Shown here piece after piece: positions 27,941-37,947 of a stretch of DNA of 64,000 bases (position 1 is its first letter; each line of letters begins with the position of its first letter). Source of the DNA: a virus (Duplodnaviria > Caudoviricetes); IMG/VR virus record IMGVR_UViG_3300031994_000010, positions 32,001 to 96,000 of that record. One strand, 5' to 3'. Position numbers and translations under genes: made by a program. Under the pieces are notes generated by a model. The model saw only the letters and a list, made by a program, of their open reading frames with translations, was not told the origin of the DNA and ran no database searches.

Positions 27941-30900
27941 TTGTAGATATGTATTAGGAAGTAAGGTGTTTAATTCAGAAATAGAATTAGATGATTACTT
28001 ATCTGCTATAAAAGATATACATAAAAAATACGGGGATGAAGTTTTTAGTCAAAGATGGAAACCTATTCAATTAGGCTATAGAGACAAACTTTATCATCAA
28101 AAAGATATATTAGAAGAAGAGGTAAAAGCAGGAAGAATTGTTATTGAAACTTCTAATTTAGAAGATAATGATTTAGATGGTATAGTAGGAAAGTTAGATC
28201 GTCGTGGAGTAAGTTAGTTAATGAAAGAACTAGTTTCTACTACTAATGCTTAGTTATTTCCCGAATTTAGAGCAGATGATTATTGGAGTAGAGTTAAACG
28301 TAGAATGGCCGCAGGTGATTTTAGTGACTTTAAAAATGACCAGAAAGATGATTTATGGGTTATTTTTGATGAAAAAGATGCTGAAGGCAATTATATAACT
28401 CATCCTATAACTTCTGAAGAAGAATTTGAACACGTCAGAGAGAAATTTACTAAAATGTGGGAACAACAAAGTATGATTGGTACTGTGGTTCATGATATTT
28501 TTAGTATTTATTATAGTGAATTTTCTTCTGGAGTTCAGAATAAAAGTTTAACAAAAAGTTAGAAACTAGAAAAAATAAAAGAAATTATTTCTAAATCAAA
28601 TAATTATAAAGATTTAGTATCTAAATATAATAACAATATATTATTAAATGATGCTTTTTTAGAAAATGTTTTAAAGAATTGTGATAAATTTAACGAACAT
28701 CTTAGAACTTCTAGGGATTTTGGGCCGAACGTAATGTGTATTCCAGAAGCAACTATAAAAGGTATTGCAGTTACGAATAATGATACTAAGACTGTAGTTG
28801 GTAGAATGGACTTATTGGTAATTGGAGACAAAGGACAAATTGATATTATTGATTTTAAATGTTCTCCAAGAGATTATTCAAAGTATGATTCAGCAAAAAC
28901 TCTTACTTTTGAATATTAGTTAGCTATATATAGAAGAATATTACAATAGCTTGGAATTAATTCTGGAGAAGGTATAAGATTATGGGTTTCTCCAATAAAA
29001 TTCTCTGGCTTTACTCTAGATGACTAGGATAGAGTGCAAGTTACTGGAGTTGAGTTACATGACCCAGTTATAAGGGAACTTCCTAACTCTAGGTCTACTA
29101 TTGATGATACTAGATACTAGACTGTAGAAAATAATCTTGATAAAGCTTTTAAATCTAACTATGTAGAAGATATATCAGCTGATGAGATATTATCAAAAGT
29201 TCAGACTTGGATTAAAAAAGTATTTCCACAATACGGAGAGTTTAAAGAAATTACTGACGAAGGAGTTCAAAAATATGCTAAGGATAAAGTAAAATAGGAT
29301 AAAACTACAGGAAAATGGGCATTTTACAGATATAAGAATCATTCTCCTGAGTTTGTATCAGATACAGAAGAACAAGTTATTGCACAAATTAAATAGGAAT
29401 GGATTTCTAATAGAGCCAGAAATATAGAAAAAACTAAGGAAATTAAACGAGATTTAAAAAGAGCTACTGAACAAAACTTAGGAAAGAGTGCAGAATTTAA
29501 CATAATATATAAGCAAAAAAACTAGAAAACTGCTAAAATACCAGATTGGGCTTAGCAATAGTTACAAAAATATGCCACTAATTTATATTAGATAGTTAAT
29601 ACCCCAGAAGCTTTTGATGCATTAGGAATAATATTAGTTAGAAATACTTTAACTCAACAAATAGATGTAATTAAATTATCTCCAACACATGATTTAGATG
29701 CTAAATTTAATTTTGGCAATGGTAGGAATACCTTATTAGGAAAGTGGTTATCTGATTAGGCAGTCAGAAGTAGACCTAATAATAGAATAATGGATGCTAC
29801 TAGAGGTAATGTGGAGCTTATGGAGACTATGTATGCACTAAATTGTATGCCAAGTCTTTTTGCAAATAATAATGCTCACCTTGGAGAAATTCAAGTATTA
29901 TCTTCCTATAATGAAGGCGGGGGTGCTTATAATGGCATTTTGGTTAATAACTTCAAAGAATTAATTAAGTTTTCTAATAGTAAAGAATCTCCAGAAGTAG
30001 ACCATTTTAGTGATGATACTATTAAAGTTGCCAATTTTCTTTAGCTCGCTACAGATAATTTAAAAAATATAATAACTAATTTTTCTACAGAGGGTAGATG
30101 GGATTTTGCACAAGAGTCTTATGACAACATAGTTAAAGCGGCTGGAAATAGAACTGAAACTATGGCAGAGTTAATGAAACTTAAGGATAAATTAGAAAAA
30201 TTTGCTGGAAATATCCTAGCAAATAATGTGCAAACTACTTTATATGATGAATATGCTTCCCCTGAAGTTAAATTATATGCTTAGGTAATGTTAGCTATAG
30301 GAGAATGTGGAGGATTAAATTATCAATAGCAATATAAAGACCATGCTAAATATTATGAAGGAAATATTATAAGAGCATTCTTATGGGATGGATTTAATGG
30401 AAATTTAGTAGATAATCCAGGAACTTTACGAAGTGAGACTCTAAACCAAGCCTCACACTTGATAGACATAGCTTATTAGAATATTAGAGATTAGTTATCT
30501 AATTATAGAGCAGAATTAGAAAAACCCCTTGATAAAGTTAAAAGTCTTCATTCTACTAACAGTCAAGAAGAATTATATAGAATATTTTATGATAAAAATG
30601 TAAAGGATGATTTAGTATTTAAAAATCCATTTACAGATACTACTCTAGATGATTCTCAAAGAGAATTGTTAAAAAAGGTTCTTTTAGATATTAATAAACG
30701 TAGAGACTCTTCCATAAACACAATGGAAGATTTAGAAGCAAAGATACTTACAGATTCTACCGTTTTATTAGTACCTTTAATTAAAAAGAGTGGTAAATCT
30801 GTTAGTAAATCTATTTCTGGATTTTTCTCTAATCTAAGAGAAACTTTAACTAATTTTAATCCAAAAAATTGGAAAGATTCTATTAAGGAATCTGTTGCAC

Positions 30901-32777
30901 AAATGACTGCCGACCCTGAAGAAAAACCAGAAACTATAGATAACATTTGGGAAATGCAAAATAGTATAGATGCTAGTAAAAATCCTAACAATAGAGAAGA
31001 AATAATAACTATGGGAGGAGGAATTGAAAACTTTGAAATAAACTTAGAAATGCTAGCATTAAAACATGAATATGCTTACATTTAGAAAAATGAAGTTAAT
31101 AAAGTTCTCCCTTTTATTAAAGCATTATCTATACATTTAGCTAATTAGGGTATTATATTGAATGATAACTTTGAAAATGATATAACCTATATTTAGAATT
31201 TTATAAAAGCCAAAGTCTAGAATAAAAGTCTACAAAATTTAGAATCTTTAGGAAAAGCCCAAGAATTAGCTCAAGACTTAATGAAGACTACCTCTATATT
31301 AGCTTTAGCATTTAATCCTAAATAGTTGTATTAGATTATTGACGGCCTGTGGAAAGATATTAGAATAGTATTCTAGAACTCACATATAGATGGAGATAAA
31401 GCTTTCTCCTTTAAAAATTTCAAAGATGCTTTCTTTTGGATATTACACGATGTTGCTAATTTTAATGGAGAATTTTCAGTAGGAGAAGGATTAAACTAGC
31501 TATACGGAATTAATGACATGGATATTAATTCATTACCATCAAGATATGCTAAAGATACCTATGGTACTGATAGATTACAAAAAGCTATGTTTAGGTTTGC
31601 TTCTAGACCAGACTACTATAATCGTCTTACTATATTTGGAGCTCAAATGAGAGGAGATGGATGTTTTGATGCTCACTCTATTAAAGATGGAAAATTAGTA
31701 TATGATTGGACTAAAGATAAACGATTTGATGTTTTTGCAGCTGCGAAGGGAGATATAAATAAAGCTACTGATAAAGAAAAATTTAATCAGTAGAAAGCAT
31801 TATATTATGCTATGGCTTAGGATTTTGTAAGAGAAGGTGCAGTTAATCCGGATGGAACTTTATTTGAGCTTGATATTAATCATCCTAACGCTTTACCGAA
31901 AGCCTACACAGTTAAATAGTCTGAAGCTATGAAGGCTCTTGGAGATAGAACTTATGGTTACTATGCTTCTGAAAAGAAGTCTCTTATTCAAAGTTTTACT
32001 CTTGGAGCAATATTCTTTTAGATGAACACATTCTGGTCTTCTAAGAAAAATCAGTATTTCTCTGGTAGGGGATACTCTCAGGAGGGTGAATATGTTTAGT
32101 ACGAGGAAACTGACCCTAATGACCCAACTAAGACAATTAAATGGTTCCAAAAATGGAATGAAGAAACTCAAGAAATGGAGTTTACTACTGAAAATACTGG
32201 ACTCCCATTAATGGTATGGAAAGGACGTCCCTAGGAAGGTATTATAATAACCCTTAACCATTTAATTGCTCATGTACTCCTAGGAACAGAAGGAGATATA
32301 GTATCTAGATATACAGAGTTTATGAATGTTGACGATCCTTACTTAAGAAGACTTTATCAAAACAATTTAAGACAACTTCTTGCTGATTTATTTGGTATAT
32401 TGTTTATTGGATTACTAGTTGCTCCAAGTTTAACAAATGCAGCTAATTCTTATGCTAAAGAACAAGGAGTAAAAACTTTTCCTAATGCTGCAATGGGATG
32501 GGCAGCTACTTTAGGAGCTTCAATGTTTGCTTAGTCTGCGGATGATTTTGTTTTCTATAAATCAGTATTTGGTAGAGGTGTTTAGTGGACCCCATTCTCT
32601 ATTTAGTCTGGATGGAGAGCACTTACTGGAATAGCTAAATGTGCTACAGGAGATACCGATTTGTACGATACTATAGCTAAAAACTTTGCAGCTACCCGTA
32701 ACTCTAAACCTATATTTAATTACATTAAACTCAATACTCTTGGAAGAGAGATTGGAGATAATGGTAAAGAAGAATGA
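27933..32777 (+). CDS. Large virion protein with PD-(D/E)xK (RecB-like) nuclease domain, 1614 aa with TAG=Gln
   Basis: Seven track ORFs in one frame. Motifs GTVVH...E...GRMDLL...IIDFK...YQLAIY. C-terminal hydrophobic helices. Ends TGA overlapping the holin ATG. Confidence 0.85.
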
Positions 32778-33055
32778 AAACATTTTTATTAAACTTAATT
32801 AAAAATAATACTGGTATAAGTTCTAAAAACTTCTTTTTAGTAGTAGTAACTATTATAGGATGTATTTTATTACTTGTACCAGCTATTATCCTATTAGTAG
32901 AGATATTTACAACACATACCATTACTACAGATTTAACAGGTTTGGCTACTTATATCGGTGCAGTAGCTAGCGTTTTAGCTTCAGCAGGAATAACTAAAAC
33001 CTGGTCAGAAAAATATGAAAAGATAGATTCTTCAGGAGATAATCCTTTGAGTTAA
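32774..33055 (+). CDS. Holin-like membrane protein
   Basis: 93 aa with two hydrophobic segments and a charged C-terminus, at the end of the late block. Confidence 0.6.
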   Translation: MKTFLLNLIKNNTGISSKNFFLVVVTIIGCILLLVPAIILLVEIFTTHTITTDLTGLATYIGAVASVLASAGITKTWSEKYEKIDSSGDNPLS

Positions 33056-33076
33056 TAATTTTAATTTTACGAATCT

Positions 33077-33457
33077 ATGATAGACCATTTATCACCTTAG
33101 CCACACGTATCTAATACAAGATTTAGATAGGCTATTAAAAAGTATTTTTATAAAGATATAGAACCTGAGTATACTCAACAAATTAAGGATTTAATTGTTG
33201 GAGATGCTTCAGAAACTTTAGATACTTTACAAGAACTTGCAGCAGCTCTTGATGATGATGCTGAATTTTATCAAACGGTAACTACTAAGTTTGATAATTT
33301 AACTTAGACAGTTACTGATAATGAATTAGTTACTGCTACTGCTTTAAATGATTTAAATACAAGAACTTCTACTATAGAAGAAAAAATACCTGAAATAGAT
33401 GAAGATATACAAGATATACAAGATAGTTTAGTAACAATAACCTTTAGACAGTGGTGA
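33077..33457 (+). CDS. Tail-fibre-related protein, 126 aa with TAG=Gln (3 TAG)
   Basis: Hand-translated. LIVGDASETLDTLQELAAALDDDAEF resembles the common phage fibre APxxLDTLxELAxAL motif. Ends TGA. Confidence 0.75.
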
Positions 33458-33458
33458 T

Positions 33459-33836
33459 ATGGGGATATATATAGGTGATAAGAGGTATGGTTTTTGTATT
33501 AGCAAAAGCAACCTTATTAAAACAGTTACACTTGACTCATCGCATGAGGAAGATAGTATAGGTAATGCAGTGTACTGGAGTACATTCCTTGAAATTCCTG
33601 TTGTTACGGATAAGACAGATAGGAATCTCTATCTTTGCGTTTTTGAGAACAATAATGCGGCCACAGCGAATTATAAGGTCGACTTCCTTCTTTATTACAT
33701 AAATGGGAATAACGGTGTTAGTTGTGCCTATATTAGAAACAACAGGAAAACTTACGGAAATAACATGGCAGATGCCATATCTCTTCATGCTTCTATAAAC
33801 ACGGTGATAAATGTCTATAAAATTCCATCAATTTAA
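33459..33836 (+). CDS. Hypothetical protein (tail cassette)
   Basis: Intact 125 aa ORF starting 1 nt after the previous stop. Confidence 0.65.
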   Translation: MGIYIGDKRYGFCISKSNLIKTVTLDSSHEEDSIGNAVYWSTFLEIPVVTDKTDRNLYLCVFENNNAATANYKVDFLLYYINGNNGVSCAYIRNNRKTYGNNMADAISLHASINTVINVYKIPSI

Positions 33837-33855
33837 TAAAGAAAGGATATAAGAT

Positions 33856-34350
33856 ATGCCTACAGATACTAATGTTAATAGCTTGGTTATCAACAAACTG
33901 ACAAAAGCTCAGTATGATGCCATACAAAATCCAAGTGAGACTGAACTTTACTTGGTAGAAGAAGATATAGATACTACACCTACAAGTGGTAGTAAGAATC
34001 CTGTCACAAGTGGAGGTGTATATAATGTATTGCAAGATAAAGAAAATAAAGTGGAGATTGTGGCAGCATCTGATACTACTCTTTCTGCACAAGTTGGGAA
34101 GTATTATAGGTTTGATGCAGAAGTAGGAACTTTAGCTGTTACTTTGCCTACGCCTACAGACACTACTCATCTTTCTAATGTTATTTTGTTTCTAACTACT
34201 GGAAGTACTCCTGCAATTACTTTTACATCAGCTAATGTACTTTACCAAGATGGTTATGAGATAGAAGCAGAAACTACTTATGAAATAAACTGTTTATTTA
34301 ATGGAGCTAATTGGGTGATTGCCGCAATGAAGATAGGAGGTGGAGTATGA
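33856..34350 (+). CDS. Tail fibre/appendage-related protein
   Basis: 164 aa. INKLTKAQYDAI...ELYLV N-terminal motif typical of phage fibre proteins; Thr-rich beta-type C-terminus. Confidence 0.65.
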   Translation: MPTDTNVNSLVINKLTKAQYDAIQNPSETELYLVEEDIDTTPTSGSKNPVTSGGVYNVLQDKENKVEIVAASDTTLSAQVGKYYRFDAEVGTLAVTLPTPTDTTHLSNVILFLTTGSTPAITFTSANVLYQDGYEIEAETTYEINCLFNGANWVIAAMKIGGGV

Positions 34351-35282
34351 TTGGAGTTAATAGGAGAAGGATGATGGGAGGTGGTGGTGACTTCGATTGG
34401 AGTAAACAATATCTCACCTTTGAGGCTGTTGAAAGCGGAACATTCAAAAACAGCCTTAATGTCGTGTATTATTCTCTCGACGGCGGTTCTACATGGATTT
34501 CTCTTGCTGCAAATACAGACACCCCGACTGTATTGGCAGGAGATATGATAATGTGGAAGGCAGAACTTACACCAACGCAAGATGACGGTGTTGGCACTTT
34601 TACAGGAAGCGGTGAGTTCAATGCAATGGGCAACCCAATGTCTTTGCATTATGGTGACAATTTCCGCAACTACACATCGTCAAAGACAAACGCTTATAGA
34701 AAGTTGTTCTATAATAGTAAGATTGTAAGTGCAGAGAATCTGAAGCTAATAGACATAAGTGTTGGTGCAAGATATTACCATAGTATGTTTTATGGGTGTT
34801 CTTCGCTTATTGCTGCTCCAGAAATTCCAGCAACCTCATGTGGTTTAGATGGATGCAATAGTATGTTTTACGGATGCACTTCACTCACAGTTGCTCCAGA
34901 GTTACATGTTACTACTACTGCCCGATATTGGGCGATGTATATGTTTTACGGATGTACAAATCTTATACAAGCACCAAGTGTACTTCCTGCTACAGATATA
35001 GGTGCTGGTGGCTATTATCATATGTTCCGCAACTGTTCAAGTCTTGAGGTTGCACCTGTAATTATGGCAACAAGCTCATCTGGGATGAGTGAAATGTTCA
35101 GAGGTTGCTCCAAGCTAAGATATATTAAAGCAATGTTTACAGAAACACCAAATGCAGATAACTGGGTAAATGGTGTTGCTTCTTCTGGTGTGTTTGCAAA
35201 GCGTTCAGACGCAACATGGGAAAATGCCTTTGGGGTAAACGCCATACCTACAGGGTGGACTGTTGAAACGTTTCAAGTATAA
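34347..35282 (+). CDS. Leucine-rich-repeat (BspA/DUF285-like) protein, candidate receptor-binding or surface protein
   Basis: Repeated MFYGCxSLxxAPxL units. The likely start is ATG 34347 (ATGA overlap) rather than the track start at 34311. Confidence 0.75.
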   Translation: MIGVNRRRMMGGGGDFDWSKQYLTFEAVESGTFKNSLNVVYYSLDGGSTWISLAANTDTPTVLAGDMIMWKAELTPTQDDGVGTFTGSGEFNAMGNPMSLHYGDNFRNYTSSKTNAYRKLFYNSKIVSAENLKLIDISVGARYYHSMFYGCSSLIAAPEIPATSCGLDGCNSMFYGCTSLTVAPELHVTTTARYWAMYMFYGCTNLIQAPSVLPATDIGAGGYYHMFRNCSSLEVAPVIMATSSSGMSEMFRGCSKLRYIKAMFTETPNADNWVNGVASSGVFAKRSDATWENAFGVNAIPTGWTVETFQV

Positions 35283-35287
35283 TTAAT

Positions 35288-35407
35288 ATGAAGAAGTATT
35301 ATAACGCGACCACAAAGGAGTGGTACACGGAAGGTTCTTCCATGACGAGGAAGATAGACAATGGGAACATTCTAAGTGTTGAACAATTAAATAAAATAAT
35401 TATATGA
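35288..35407 (+). pseudogene. Short 39-aa ORF, probable truncated remnant at a cassette junction
   Basis: MKKYYNATTKEWYTEGSSMTRKIDNG... The GC-richer 5' part shifts abruptly to AT-rich sequence near 35365. Stop overlaps the next ATG. Confidence 0.4.
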
Positions 35408-35805
35408 AATATTTAAAAAAATTTAATACACATGCTGAGTATGAATTAGCAACATTAGATTTACCAAATGTAAGTTATTGTGTAGATAACAATGAAGTGC
35501 ATTATAATTCTTCGTATATTGGTATGGCTAAAGTATCGGGAACTAATAAATTTATTCCTGTTTATAGAGGGTTACCTATTGGAGAAGGAAATAGTATATG
35601 TGTTTTCACACAATCTACGTCATTCGAAGATATAATTACAAATAATATACCATGGCAACCTGCAACATAGATGGCAAACTTAGTTAGTTCATCCTCATTT
35701 AAGTATCAAGATGGTACAACTATTACTAATATAATACCAAATAGTTCAGTACCATAGGACGCATTATCTAGATATACTAATGAACCTATATTTATAACAG
35801 CTTAA
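35404..35805 (+). CDS. Hypothetical protein, 133 aa with TAG=Gln (2 TAG)
   Basis: Track ORF stops at TAG 35668. Read-through continues to TAA 35803-35805, just before the terminator. Confidence 0.7.
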
Positions 35806-35816
35806 TGGAAAAAAAT

Positions 35817-35857
35817 AAGGGCTAGCCAAGGAGATTAACTCCCTGACTAGCCCTTTT
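35817..35857. terminator. Bidirectional terminator between the convergent arms
   Basis: Inverted repeat AAGGGCTAG.CAAGGAG / CTCCCTG.CTAGCCCTT with an A-tract on the left and a T-tract on the right. Confidence 0.85.
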
Positions 35858-36137
35858 ATAATTCTTTAAATTGTTGCTTTAGTTCTTCTAACTTATTATT
35901 CATAAGTTCTTTTACTTTATCTTCTATTTCTATAGGTAGTGCTTCTACATGATCCCTTATTTCAGGAATACACCCACTTACAGTGGTAATATTACTATTA
36001 TAATTAACTCGTTGAATACATTCCTTCCAACTTACACAAATTTTGGCATTTTTCCTATTTAAATCTTCAATACAGTTTTCTAGGTACGAAATTTGATTTA
36101 TCAGATTTTGTGCCTCTCGAAACTTACTCTCATCCAT
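35856..36137 (-). CDS. Hypothetical protein
   Basis: Track ORF; the likely start is MDESK at 36137. Confidence 0.65.
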   Translation of the reverse strand: MDESKFREAQNLINQISYLENCIEDLNRKNAKICVSWKECIQRVNYNSNITTVSGCIPEIRDHVEALPIEIEDKVKELMNNKLEELKQQFKEL

Positions 36138-36241
36138 AAAAATTTTAATTTTAAGACCTCTGACGTTCTTCAGAATCAATTTTCTAATAGGTTTCGATAA
36201 CTCACCTACTTGAGAATTTTTAGTTCAACCTAGAGAAGATT

Positions 36242-36352
36242 TCACTCTTCCATAAATTTTGAACAAGATTCACACATTCCATCAAAGTTTTCATATTCAT
36301 ATTCTGTGAGTTCTTTACCGCACTCTTCACAGTAGTGTTTCTTCTTTTTCAT
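36242..36352 (-). CDS. Small zinc-finger peptide (36 aa)
   Basis: MKKKKHYCEECG...MCESCSKFMEE with two CxxC motifs. Start overlaps the upstream stop. Confidence 0.6.
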   Translation of the reverse strand: MKKKKHYCEECGKELTEYEYENFDGMCESCSKFMEE

Positions 36353-36735
36353 CACTCTTTACTACGATTTGCTTCCAAAATGGGCAATCCTGCCTCAGTC
36401 GGGATATAAATAATACGATTATTAGTACTAGCATTTTGCTGACGCACCCATAGATATTGAATATAAGTGGGAGTCAGACTACCGTTTTCAATTTTAATGG
36501 CTTCAGCAGCTCCTTTAGCTCTTTCTACCTCTGCTTGTGCATTAAGTTTTTCACTTTCCAAGTTAGCTTGCGCCTCAGCTATTTTAATTCGTCTGTTTTG
36601 CTCAGCTTTAGCTAATTCTGCTTTACCAGACATTTCTTGTTGCCATACCTTATAATAAGGACATCCTACGAACACTCCTAAAAGTATAAGAACTGCACAA
36701 CAAAAACTTCCAAAATAATATCCAAATTTATTCAT
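36352..36735 (-). CDS. Membrane protein with SPFH/band-7-like coiled-coil C-terminus
   Basis: N-terminal TM helix followed by AE-rich helix and LTPTYIQYLW. Confidence 0.7.
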   Translation of the reverse strand: MNKFGYYFGSFCCAVLILLGVFVGCPYYKVWQQEMSGKAELAKAEQNRRIKIAEAQANLESEKLNAQAEVERAKGAAEAIKIENGSLTPTYIQYLWVRQQNASTNNRIIYIPTEAGLPILEANRSKE

Positions 36736-37115
36736 TACTCAAAATATTTATTAATTACTTTACCGTCTCTATAAACCTCATAAATATATCCATCTACCCA
36801 GTCCGCATACTCATCATCTGTGATGTCATCCCTATCTTCGAATTTGGGATCAAATTCGCCTGTAGTTATATTTTTCCAAGTATAACTAGCTTCCTTTGTC
36901 CCTTCCCAATATTTCCAACCAAGATCGTCTGCATCCATAGAACCACATTCAAATGCTCCATCAAATTCTGCATAAACAATTGATAGATGATCATAATATG
37001 GATCTTTTTTAAGATAGGTTTTAATTGCTTCTAAACTATCTGCTATTACACATGGAAAAGAAGTGGTGCCATAATCAGTATCAGTACTCACCAAAAGTGC
37101 CCAAATTTTAGTCAT
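36735..37115 (-). CDS. Hypothetical acidic protein
   Basis: Intact ORF coupled to its neighbours. Confidence 0.7.
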   Translation of the reverse strand: MTKIWALLVSTDTDYGTTSFPCVIADSLEAIKTYLKKDPYYDHLSIVYAEFDGAFECGSMDADDLGWKYWEGTKEASYTWKNITTGEFDPKFEDRDDITDDEYADWVDGYIYEVYRDGKVINKYFE

Positions 37116-37632
37116 AATATTTTTTAATTAAATCGATTACTATAGGAGAAACATAGTTACCTATATTCTCTCTACTTTTAACTTTCTCTCTTATAAGTGA
37201 AGATGATATAGAATTTTCTGGTCTATCTACTATTAAGAAGTTATAATCTTCTATTATTTTTCCACCATGCATCCAATTTGGAATATCTTTAATAGTATCT
37301 TCTCCACATAAAACAAATACTTCATCATTACAATATTTATTCTTTAAAGCGTGGAGAGTAGCATAACTATAATAAGGAGGAATGAGAAATTTTTCTATAT
37401 TATCAATTCCTATTTTAATCCATTGTTTAGGAAAAAATTCTTCTTGAAGCTGTGCTCTAATTATATAAATTCTTTTATTAAAATCAAGAACTTTCTCCTT
37501 TTTCCAAGGATTTTGCATTGTTGGAACAATAATCACTCTATCCATTTTAAAGTCATTTAAAGCAGTTTTCACCACCTCTAAATGGCCCTTATGAAATGGA
37601 TTAAATGAACCTAAATATAATGCAATTTTCAT
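37108..37632 (-). CDS. nadD: Nicotinate-nucleotide adenylyltransferase
   Basis: GSFNPFHKGH (HxGH), NPWK, GED...W and ISSSLIR motifs. Confidence 0.92.
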   Translation of the reverse strand: MKIALYLGSFNPFHKGHLEVVKTALNDFKMDRVIIVPTMQNPWKKEKVLDFNKRIYIIRAQLQEEFFPKQWIKIGIDNIEKFLIPPYYSYATLHALKNKYCNDEVFVLCGEDTIKDIPNWMHGGKIIEDYNFLIVDRPENSISSSLIREKVKSRENIGNYVSPIVIDLIKKYYD

Positions 37633-37761
37633 TTAAAAAAGATTTACTGGAAAACCTATAGAAGCAAGTTTTACCTTTTCTTCTAATTTTTTAATTTTTT
37701 CATCTTGTTCTTTTTGATGTTTCTCCAATTCTTCAATCCTTTTAAGAATTAATTGTTCCAT
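37633..37761 (-). CDS. Small coiled-coil protein (42 aa)
   Basis: Hand-translated MEQLILKRIEELEK...; abuts the nadD start. Confidence 0.5.
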   Translation of the reverse strand: MEQLILKRIEELEKHQKEQDEKIKKLEEKVKLASIGFPVNLF

Positions 37762-37767
37762 AAGTCA

Positions 37768-37947
37768 TCAGGAATTTAAAAAAATTTTATTTTCACAATC
37801 TGGACAAATTATACATTGACGAATTTCATCGTCTCCTAATAATGAAGGAACAATTTCTTCTTGAATATCCTCTTGTTCATATTGTAATTTAGCCATACAA
37901 TTAGGACAAGTAACTTTCTTTACTCCATGTTTTAATACTTTAATCAT
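37768..37947 (-). CDS. Small zinc-ribbon protein (59 aa)
   Basis: CPNC...CPDC; ATGA overlap with the nadE stop. Confidence 0.65.
   Translation of the reverse strand: MIKVLKHGVKKVTCPNCMAKLQYEQEDIQEEIVPSLLGDDEIRQCIICPDCENKIFLNS

Noticed and set aside
440-32777. Reading the fragmented + strand as pseudogenes or non-coding DNA
   Set aside because: Interruptions seen are all TAG in one frame, with no frameshifts and intact catalytic motifs; recoding explains it.
6996-35245. Minus-strand track ORFs within the + arm (e.g. 6996, 8075, 11348, 14669, 28604, 30656, 31893, 33537, 34278)
   Set aside because: Antisense shadows of real genes with no recognisable motifs.
440-35805. TAG as pyrrolysine or another residue
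   Set aside because: TAG occupies conserved Gln positions in helicase, RNAP and nuclease motifs, and no pyl genes are present.
34347-35805. Diversity-generating retroelement acting on the LRR/fibre genes
   Set aside because: No reverse transcriptase or template/variable repeat pair is visible in this window.
36160-36200. Hammerhead ribozyme (CTGAAGA and CGAAAC on the minus strand)
   Set aside because: No stem III with a GUH cleavage triplet can be formed between the two core elements.
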